A DNA stretch of 64,000 nucleotides from Intoshia linei. Its lineage: Eukaryota > Animalia > Orthonectida. Of the stretch, positions 13,791 through 25,300 are shown one piece after another (within the stretch, counting starts at the first letter, position 1; every line of letters begins with the position of its first letter). The stretch is from contig LWCA01000020.1 in assembly GCA_001642005.1 (NCBI GenBank), positions 17,708 to 81,707 of the forward strand. Direction: 5' to 3'. The notes beneath the pieces were generated by a model. It was not told where the DNA came from. It made no database searches and was given only the letters and a program-made list of their open reading frames with translations. The position numbers were made by a program, and so were the translations under genes.

Positions 13791-16275
13791 TTAAATATAG
13801 CACTTAATTTTCAAAACATTTTGGCTTTCATAATATTTTGCTGAATATTTCATACCTTCTTTAAAATTGTGTATTGAAATTTCTTGCAAAAAATTTTCAT
13901 ATCGAAATTGAATTTTTTTCTAAAATTAAAATACATTGAAATTTGTAATATAATTAAAAAATTTTGTAAAAATAAAATTGGGGTTTAAAAATAAGATAAA
14001 TTTAGATAAATTTTCTTTCACTCTTATAATAATAATACTAAATCATCATTAAATTCTTTTAATCAAACTTAAATTTTATTTTACATTATTTTTACATTTT
14101 TGTTAATATTATTTATTTTAACCAGAAATCTTTAGTTTGACTAATTTTTGCAGTATCATTTTGATACACATGGTGCACTGCATGCAGAGCTGAATCTATC
14201 AAGTTGAGACCACCCGACAATGAAAAATAGGTCTCAATTATTTTTAGTCATATAGCTCCTAGTCACCCATCCAAGGCTCTTGATTTAACTTTTAATTTTA
14301 ATATACAAAATAGTGATAATATGAAATAATATTTTTTTTAATATATTATAATATAATTTATATATAACATAAATAATTATTTAACAATTTGGAAAAATGA
14401 GGCCCTATTTTACAAAAATTTTGTATAGGCCCGAAGATGTGTCTCGGCGTACGGTAGGTTCGGCATTGGGTGCAGACACTACTCTGGTAGAATTATTATT
14501 TTGTATATTTTTTACTTTTAATATTTTTATTTTCGATTTTTGTACATCAAATCCTTCGTTTAATTCAATATTCACCATTATATCATTGTGATCTTGTTCA
14601 ATATCGACACTTTTTAAACAATTTATTGTGTCTGATTTGTTTTTTATTTTACATTGTTTTTTTAAAACTATTTCAGAGCTATTCGTTTTTTTTTCTGTTT
14701 CTGTCTCTGTTTTTTTTTCTTTTTTCTAAAATATTATAAAAAATTGTATATTTGAATAATTATAATTTAGTTTTTTTCAAACTTTATCATCGTTTCATAT
14801 AAGTTAGGATTATATATTATAGTTAGGGCAATTTTTTATTGACTTATAGAATAGCAAAAAAACTGACCTAAAAATTAAATTTACTGACTTTATCTAACCT
14901 TAAAATTTTTGTTTGTTTTTATGATTAATACCAACTGAATCTACTGTCGACTACTACTACTAAACTAAATCGAATATCCTTTAAAAATAATATTGACTTT
15001 ATAACATTTAAAAAAGTGGAAAAAAATTTTAAAAAAATTAAAAGTGGGACTTTTAAAATAATAATTTAGCGGTCGTCCCGGCTTTGGAGTAAAATCCCAA
15101 CATGTGGCTACTTCTGCAATAATGTATATTACAAAAACAAACTAATTTTTTCATTTTGCTAAAAATAAAAACAGCAATGCTGGTAACACCTTTGATCATG
15201 GCCATGATAGTATCTAACGTCAACCGTATATATAAATACTGTGCCAAAAAACAAAATCAACTAAATCAAATGTCACGTTGAAAAATTTGTATAATACATT
15301 GACCTTGCTTAAACATGACCACCTATTTAATATAAAAATGTATAATATATACAAAATAATACATGCATGTGTTGTTTGTCGCCCCACATTTCCTTTCGAA
15401 TAGATTCCATATCAAATTCTTCTTTTTTGTTGGTTTTTTTTTCTTTTTTCTTTTCATCAATTTCATTAGGTAGTAATATTTTTGGCTCATCAATGATTGC
15501 GTTTTGCTTGTTAATTATGGATTTTATATCGAATTTTTCAACATTTTTGGATTTTTGTGAATTTAAATTATTACTACTAGCAATATCATTTGAAATCTCT
15601 GACCAATCCCCATGATATTTATGACGACAGATAGTTGAAGATTCTGAATTGTAAATATCAATTTGATTTTCTTGTTTCATATAATCACTTATAATTCTGA
15701 ACAATGAAGAAAATTTGTTATTATTCGAAATAGTTTTTTGATAATTTTCGCAACCATTTTCAATCAATACTTTAGGATTTAAAGCAACATTTGTTGTTAA
15801 ATATTTTTCATCTTAAATTTATCAAATGAAAGACATAAAGAAAAATTTATAATAAATACCATCATCTCCACTTTTGTATAAGATTCCATGTATAATTCTG
15901 ATTGGGTCATTAGTATTACCCTGCGAATAAGGTATCTTTTCCCAACTGCAGATATTTAAGTATAAATATTTTTTTCGACCAGTTTTGTCCTAAAATGTTA
16001 AATTTTACTTGAAATATAGAAATGTAAATTTACCATTGTCATAATGGTAAATTTAATTTAATTTTATAAATTACCCTGATTTTTGATAAAGTATAGGCAT
16101 ATGGTTTAGGTAAACTCATAAATTTTTTCCCTTCATTCAATTGTTGATTAATATATTTTTTATATTGCTCTGGATCTTTTTTCTGTAATTCATCCAGCAT
16201 TTTCCATATATCATTTATTTGCTTTTTACAACCAGTTGGCTGAATCATGTTATAAATTGAATTGATATTTTCCAT
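13791..16275 (-). CDS. PIH1D2: PIH1 domain-containing protein 2 (dynein axonemal assembly factor), 5 exons
   Basis: N-terminus IWKMLDELQKKDPEQYKKYINQQLNEGK matches the PIH1D2 signature. Exon 2 gives LYLNICSWEKIP and exon 3 gives NVALNPKVL (PIH1 domain). Exons 14725-14517 and 13919-13791 encode a CS-like end (YSAKYYESQNVLKIKCYI*). Splice phases checked are compatible. Confidence 0.85.
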
Positions 16276-16372
16276 TTTATCCTTATATGTTGTTAAAATT
16301 CAAAAATGTATTTGTATTTTCTTTGTTGACAACGAATTGCAAATATCTCCGCGGTATTACATTCTAAACATA
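16276..16372. promoter_or_regulatory. Putative bidirectional promoter between PIH1D2 and DNAH12
   Basis: Only 97 bp separate the divergent ATGs, with a central palindrome GTTGACAAC at 16325-16333. Confidence 0.55.
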
Positions 16373-19300
16373 ATGGGTGAAATTAATATACAAACTAACG
16401 ACAAGTACAAAAAAAATATCAAAAAGGTGTTTGATGACATCAAATATGCCCACAGAGATCATTATAGTAAAAGCAAATTGTTTAAATATAATTTGCCAAA
16501 AATTAAACAAAAAATACTCAATACTTTAAGGTAACATTTATTTTGGTTTTAAATTATTCCTACTTTAAATGTAAATTTTTAGAATTAATGAAGCTTTGAA
16601 GGCTGAAGAAAAAATAAAATTATCAATTAAAGACGAAGTGGTCGAACCAGAACCACAATATCCTGAAGAAGTAAAAATTACTACTTTCAACAACCACTAT
16701 ACAAATTTAGATGATGAGTGAAGATCGTAAAATTAAAGTAAATTATAATTACATTTTTACATGTGCAATATACAATGTACTAATATCAAAAAGATCTCCT
16801 CAAAATACATATTTTTTATTATTCACTAGTTTCTCAGTCTAATGACATAAAAAATATCGAAAAAAATAATAAAATTGATTAATTTCGAAAATTAATGATC
16901 ACAAACTAGAATAATCACAATTTTGAAAAATATAAAACAAAATATACATAAATATGTATATAAATAATTTATTAACTGGTCCATTTTATCGAGGATGTTT
17001 ATCAATGTAAAGTAGAGGGTCTATTCATATTTCACTGGTGCAATTATCAGCCAATTTAAATTTTATAAAATTTTAAAATTATATTTTTAGGCCAATTATA
17101 CATTCCTTAAAAATTGCGTGGAATATGCCCCAATTGTACCATTAGATATTTCTTTGAAAGAAGGTATTACAAAAAGAATTTCGGAATGTATTATACCTGA
17201 AAATATTGATAAAATCCAATCATTATTTGATGAAATTGAAGAATTATATGTTAATAGTATCAGAGAAATACTTGGTAAATTTTTAAAAAAAGTTTTACAA
17301 AAATGGAAACTTGACAATAACATTTATTAAATGTACAACAAAACGTAACTGAGCTTAAATAATTATTATAAAGCTGGATTATGATAATATTATATCCTTT
17401 GTCAGTGCTTATCAAGGATTGGAATTAATTGATAAAAATTATTGATTATAAAATTAATTCATTAATTTATATAAAATAATTGCAATTAATTGAAGATTGA
17501 TAACAATATCATAATCATTTTTAAAAAACTAGTCATGTGGTTATAATAAATATACTAGGATGATGTTTGTTCGAAGTACATAAACGTCAAGCTAGTAGGT
17601 TAAATAAATCATTTTTCTGGTGACAAACGCGTTTCTATTTTTCTAAAATTGCATAGAATAATTAAAAGTTGTTAATATTTTATTATTAATCTATTTTAGT
17701 AACATTATATTTTATTTGCATAAAAGTATTTAGAAAATATTTTCATATTATTTTTTTTATTTCTTCCTTCGAATTTGGAAATACCATTATTTCTGGAAAT
17801 AAATAAAGCATGGTGGGACTGTGATACGATACAACGAGTGTTGACAGTGTCAACTTGACAACTTAATATTATATTATTATAAATTATAGTGTACTAGGTT
17901 GACTGTTATGTACTACGTACAAACAGGACCTAGCTCTGCCGAGGGCAAATTTTTATTATACTTAAAAAATAAATTCACGTTGAAAATCTAATTTAAAAAT
18001 CTTACTATTTATTATTATCAATCCTTTAAAGGAGTGGTTTTTAAATTTGTGTCAGGTGGAACCATCATATCACATTATTTTTTACTTTAAAGTGAATTAT
18101 TTCATCTTAATTTTTTGTTTGTTAACATTTAAAAATAAAGTAAAAACAGTCCAATCCAATGTTATATAATTATATAGTATTGTAGTACTGTATTATAATA
18201 TAATATATTACCTTTTTACTTTTATTTCAATTGGACTGATAAATTTAGTAAAACACTCATTAAAAGTACCACAAATTGAAGGAATACCCACAAGTACATT
18301 ATTAAATTGTGAATATGAAAAAGAATTGTCTTGTGTATATTTAAAAAGTGATTCTAAAGAGTACTACCGACAAAACGGTGTATATATAGCAAATAATTTA
18401 TTTTCGGTTCATTCAATATTGCGAAATGTAATGATTATTTGTAATACACATTTTTCCGGGATAAAAATGGTTAATTTTACTGAAATGAGGTATTTGCATT
18501 CTGAAAATTTAAATACATAATATATTAGAAATAGAAGTCCAGTTGAACTCAATTCTATTAAAAATAATGCTATTTTGGATTGTGAACATATTGAAGAAAT
18601 GTTAATGTCAAAGTAATACAGTTTAAATTATATCAATTTATAAAAATATATGTCGTATAGTACAGCCATTCTCAACGGGGTTCATGAAAATTATATACAT
18701 TTATTACATATTATAGGCATTCTCAGTAAAATAAATTCGTTTTTAAAACATATAGGCTCACAAATACTAATATAAAACATGCAAATTATGTAAAAGTAAA
18801 TTTTATGGTATTAAATTAAATTACTTACAAGTGTAAAAACTTATTGGGAAACATTGATTATTCTATTTTAGTAGCAGCGATTTTATTTAATTATTTTATT
18901 AAAATTTATGACTTATTTAATTTTATTATTAATTTTTTTGGGGGTCCACAGCGAAAAAGAGTTGAGAATGCCTGGTATAAAATGTGTCAAACTGTGAAAT
19001 GTACAGATTCTATGGGCAAGTCGTAAAATGTGTACAATGTACATTTCATGAATAAGTTGTAGAATGAGTAATATTTATTTATATTTTAATTTTGGGTTTT
19101 AAAAATTTATTTGAATCAAATTTTAAAGGGCGTTTCTTAGAAATTTTTTTTAAACCAAACTTTAAGGGGGGTTTTAGGAATTTTTTTTAACAGAACTTTA
19201 AGGGTAGTTTCATTAGAAATTTTTTTGAACCAAACTTTTAAAGGGGTTTTAAGATTTTTTTAAACCAAAATTTTAAGGGGGTTTTTATAATTTTTTTTGA

Positions 19301-22300
19301 ACCATATTAAATTAAATTAAGTAAAGTTTTATTATTGAATTTATTTTTTAAGTATAAAAAAAAAATAAAAATTCGCACTCGGCAGAGCTAGGATGTATAG
19401 ATGCATGTATAATATATACATTATATATATGTTGCATAGAATGTGTACAACTGTGAAATGTACACATTCCACCGACAAGTCGTAGAATGTATAAAATTTT
19501 CATTTATATTTTAATTTTAGTTTAATTTTGGGTTTTAGAAATTTTTTTGAACCAAACTTGCAAGGGGGTTTCTAAGATTTTTTTTAGCCAAACTATAAAG
19601 TTGTCTTTAAGTTTGGTGTAAAAAAAATTTCCTAGAGATTCCCCTTCAAATTTGGTTTAAAAAATATTCCTAAAAACCCCCCATAAAGTTTGGTTCAAAC
19701 AAATTTCTAAAAAATCCCTCTTGAAAGTTTTGTTCAAAAAAAAATCTTAAAAACCTTATTGAATGTTTGGTTCAAAAAAAACTATTAAAACCCCTTGAAT
19801 TTATGGTTTAAAACAAAAAATCTTAAAAACCCCATTGAATGTTTAGTTCAAAAAAAAATCTTAAAAACCCCATTGAAAGTTTAATTCTAAAAAATTTCTA
19901 ATAAAATATTATATTACATATCATACTAGCTTGACTCTTATGTACTTCGTACAAACAGCGTCCTAGCTCTGCCGAGGGCAAATTTTTATATTTTTTTTAT
20001 ACCTAAAAAATAAATTCAATAATAAAACATTACTTAAAAATGCTAAACTCACTATTATCAATCTTTTAAACTTAAACTTTCAAGGAGTGGTTTCTAAATT
20101 TGAATTTCAAATTACCTATTAATTTAAAGTGAATTATTCCCATTTAATGTTATTTTGTTAGCATTTGTGTAAAGAATTTAAAAAAAAAAAATATATATAT
20201 ATTTTAGATGGTACCCGGCTGTAATAAATTTATTTATTGTCAACAAAACGTTTAAAAAATTAAACAGAAGAAAACAATCGGCTATATTTAATTGTGTCAA
20301 CACTTTAATAGCAAATAAGGTAAATTTAAAAGTAAAGCATAATAATAATGTAGATTCGCAATCTATTGAACAACAGTATGGATGAATTAAAAGATTTATT
20401 CAAAATTGAAAATTTCAAAAAAACAAAGTATTTTCAAGATAAAGAAAAAAGTTCATCAATGTATTTTGGAGAAACTGTGGTACCTCAATTAAAAGTGGAT
20501 CTAATGTTTGAAAAGAATGATATCATGTTCTACCCGTTACTCGATGATATTATACAAGTTTATCATGAAGTTGTAGATATAATATGCAGTACAATGCAAA
20601 ATGTAGCGCAAATAAAATCATGGTTATCGGGAACTTCTCCACCTTTGCTAATCAAAACAAGTATTGGTAAAAATACTGTCGATGAACTTAAAAAATACCT
20701 TTCCAGTGTTTTAACCTATTATTTTGAACAACCTACCAAACAAATGAATGTTTACAGTAATATTGATACATATTTTATTTTTAATATTTGAGAAAATTTT
20801 TTGGCCACCAAGGAATTCAGGTGGTCTTCCGATGAATTCTATAGCCCTTTGAGAAAAAGAAAATTTAAATTTTTATTTAATTATTACAATAATATAGTTT
20901 TATAAAAATATGTTATAAACGTTATAAACATATAATTCAACGTTCACGGGCTATAGAAGCTGCATGCATTTCAAAAATGTATACATTATAAATCTAAGTT
21001 TTACTTTTATTAATATTTAATAAAAGATGTTCAATAAAAATAGGTGTCGTTTGCCACACGCCTTTCATCGATCAACATTGTAAAAATGTTGGAAAACCCT
21101 TTTTTTAAGCTGAAAGTACATAGGGCAGTGATTTCCAACCCATTTTGGTTGGCGACACACCAATATAATAATATACTATTGATCTGTTGAAACGAAATTT
21201 TTTCTAATAATAATCTCAAAATAAATATAAAATTATTGCTCCACTCAAGGACAGCTTAAATCTTAGTTTAAGTTAAAAGTTAAAAGGTTAGTTAAAGGTT
21301 TTTAGTTTAAAGTTTTAAGCTGTCCTTGCTCCACTATAGATCAAAAATAATTATATATGTAATGTTATTAAAAACATGTATAAATTGAAAAAAGTGTGAA
21401 TAAAAGTGAACCAATACAAAAATAATGAGACCATTTCAAATACATGTATAATGTAAATGTTTATATCTAATAAATTACAAAATTAATGAAAGATTTGTGA
21501 TTGTTTAGATGAACATATTCTTTTAATATATTTATATATAACATAAAATCACATTTGAATAAACGAAATTTAAATTATTGTTTCATTATTTCAAAAATAT
21601 GCGGGAACTACATTAAAAGGTGTATTTGATGACTAATTTGATGTTTCATTTATTGATTTTGACTGTAAAATAATCATTTTGGTGATGAATTTAATCAAAT
21701 TTAGTAAGAAATAACCCTATTTTAGTTATGTAAAAATTTTATTTTCATTTGCAAATCATTTATGCTATTTAGAAACACAAATTTTATTGAATCACACTAT
21801 AATATTTACATTATTACTGTTAATATTTTACAAATTTTACAAAGTTGGGCGATACACTGGTTGGAAAGAACTGACATAGGGTGTGAGAGATAAATTTTTA
21901 TTAAGTTAGGTCGGTGCGGTTTAAACTTTGCGACCCACTTTAAAATAAAATCAATGTATCATTCGATTTGTGCTAATATATCTAATTTTATAGAAGAAAC
22001 TTTTAAAGCGTTAATTAATGGAGATGAGCAAACAAAAGTGAATGTTTTTGTAAGCAAAAAGAGATTGTTTGATGAATATAAGCAAGTAACATCTTTAACA
22101 ATTTAAATACAATATGTAATTATAATTATTATTATTATTTCAATTATTAGATTGTACAATCTTTAAAGGATAAACAAGACGATGTTTATAGATTCAACAG
22201 CATTTATTATTATTTCATGGTACGAATGGATGTTCAAATATTGCACGATACGCTTTTGTTGAAAATTCGAAAGCTAAAAACCACTTGCTTAGAATCTATG

Positions 22301-25300
22301 GAACAGTATCATATGATTAAATGCACTGAAATTATCAGAGATTTTGAAAATTTCGAAAAAAAATCTCTAACTAAACCAGAGAATACTTTTGAATTGATGG
22401 ATCTCAACAAATTTGTTGAAGATGTGCGATTAAAAAAAATGAAAAGGATTAAAAAAGATATTAATGTATTTTATTATACATGTATAGTAGGGTGCGACAT
22501 TTTTTAGAAATTTAGAGCATTTAAGGGGTAATTAGGACTAAATACGTGTATTTTTAAAATAGAAAAAATATTTAGCAATCAAAAATATATAACGCTGTAT
22601 ATTCGAAGAAAAAAGTAGATGTAATGGTATATCCATGTTTAATTCTTTATTACCTTGGATTATAGGAATTTCTGTATTTCAAATGTGTATACAGTTAATT
22701 CCAATTTTTTTTTGAAATTTTAATGAAATTTACGATAAATTTCATTTTTAATTTAACATTGTAAATCAACAAATTTGAAAAATATTAGTTACAATATATA
22801 TTATATTTAAAGTTATTTTTCACCGGCAATGCGTAGATTTCAGGGGTTGAAATTTTGTATCTATAACAAATGGAATAAGCTGTATAAAAAAATCTTTTTT
22901 TAAATTCTAAGACCCTTACTATTTCATTATTTCAAATGTTTTGTTTTGTTAATAAAATAACTAAATAATTTCCAAAAAAAAAGGAAATCATAAATTTTCT
23001 ATTCTACCATCAAGGTTAATTTTTGATATTAACATTTTTTATGTATGTTAACTGGAAAAAGCTGTATTTAATTTAATCTTTTTTAAAATGCTAATTATAT
23101 TATATATTATTAATATTAATATGCTAATCATTTGTGGTTTTGCCCGTGAAAATAAGGGATCGCTGTATATAAGTAAAAATTAGAGATATTCCATTTATAC
23201 TTTTTTATTGCAGAATGATAAAGAACCATATATCGTTTAAGACACTTAATAGATTCTGAAACATATATTAACACATTGGAAGCGTATAATAACATTTTCA
23301 TTTAGTTTAACCCCATTTTTATCGTATTTTTTATTTTTAGTTGAAAGTTTCAACTTGAAATCCCCTTAGAAAGCAATCATGACCAAGATAATTATTTTTT
23401 AATTTTTGAGCTAACTTCCTAACTAAGAAGTATGTGTTACTTTATATTTATAATGAAATTGTTAGAAATCTGTTGAAAGAATGAGATATCTCTTATGTGA
23501 ACACATTTTGCCTGAATCTAGTATGGAGATTAATACGACATTATTGAATTGGCCTGGAAAAGTAAATGCTATATTGGACAAAAATGATGAGGTAATAATA
23601 ATGATAAAATGTAAATATATTATATTAAATATAATGTAGATTTATAAAAATCTTTTAGATTGTTAAAGTAGCCCAAGAATTGGGTGAAGAATTATTGGAA
23701 CACCGAAAAGAAAAAACAATATTGGAAATAAACAAAATGATGCAAAGATGTGGTGAATTTGTAGATATGGGTGATATTTCCATGTGCTCTCAATATTTAA
23801 ATGACGTGAGATATGTGCAAAAAAAAATTTCTGAATTAACAGAAGATACTAATCAAATTAACACTGAAAAAATTTTATACAAACAACAGCCAACTGAATT
23901 TAACGAACTTGATCAAATGACTGATATTATCGATCCATATTATATTTTATTTTCTCTAGTTTTTAAATGGCAACGCTCTGAAAAGAAATGGATGGATGGT
24001 TCTTTCAATGATTTAAGTGCTGATAGCATAAGGTTTTATTGTCTTTATATATTATTACTAGCTTGACTGTTATGTACTACGTACAAACAGCACCTAGCTC
24101 TGCCGAGGACACATTTTTATTATACCAAAAAAATAAATTCACGTTGAAAATCTAACTTAAAAATTCCGAAGGAATGAATTATATAGATTTTCACCAATAT
24201 TTCTTTATTGGAAATGTGTAGATGTTCACTGCACATTTTTTTTTTAATTGTAGGATCAATATTTACATTTTCAATTTTTATTTTAATCGAAATATTTGAA
24301 AAATATTGGTTGATAATATATTAAAAACTATTTTTCATCTAGAATGCGTACATTTCTCGGGTTGAACTTTTGTATTTATATTAACTGGAATAAGCTCTAT
24401 CAGAATAATTTTTTTTTTTTAATTTTCAGACCGTTAATTATTTCACATTTTTTGTTTTAATAAAATATTTCGAAAAAAATACTAAATGACTAATGACTAA
24501 TAACTAATGAATACTAAAATGTTTTTTTGACCGTAAAGTCGTCACTTATTCGGATTGAAATTTTATGTGTGTAAACAGGATACAACTTTACATTTTGTAA
24601 ATTTTTTGAAATTCTAGGGCTGTTTTCATTAAAAAAAGAAGGGTAATTTGGGGTTTTGGCTCCTGAAGATATTTTTTTTAAATTTAAATTCATCATAATG
24701 TTTATGATTTTAAAATCCGTATCAGTCATAATTTTTTTAAATTCTCTAACTCGTTTAATTTTCAAAAACAAAAGACAACTGGGGTTTTTAACCCGTAAGA
24801 TGCAAAATTGGTAGGTTGAAATTTATCTTAATATACGTCCCGGATAAAACTGTAATTGAAATGTGGTCTTTAAAAAATTCTAAGACTGGTAGTTATTTAA
24901 ATAAAGCGTAACACACACAAACAAAAATCGCGTAGCATAAAGTTAATAATTATTATATAAGTTAGGATTATTATTATAAGTTTACATGTGTTTTTTTAGT
25001 TTGGAAGTTGAAGAATTTTTAAATGATTTGTTTAAGATTCGAAAAGTTTTTCAAAAGGAATACAGACGGCGAAAAGCTGAAGTAGATGAACTAAAACGTG
25101 CAGCCAATCGCGCCAAACGTCGAAAATCAAAAGACTTGACTCAAACCAATGTTGACGAAGTTAAACCACCAGCATCACTAACTATTTGTGATCGCATTTC
25201 TGATGCTATTGAACAATTTCAAGAAAAAATTAGTGTTATTGAAATAATGTGTAATCCTGGTATTAGACAGAGACATTGGAATGTAATAATTTTATTTTTT

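Noticed and set aside
14918-14980. Possible extra PIH1D2 exon
   Set aside because: Frames contain stops or give an incompatible phase; the flanking exons already join in phase 0.
19090-19900. Regularly spaced ~32-bp repeats that might suggest a CRISPR array
   Set aside because: These are tandem degenerate units without unique spacers, in a eukaryotic intron, with no cas genes.
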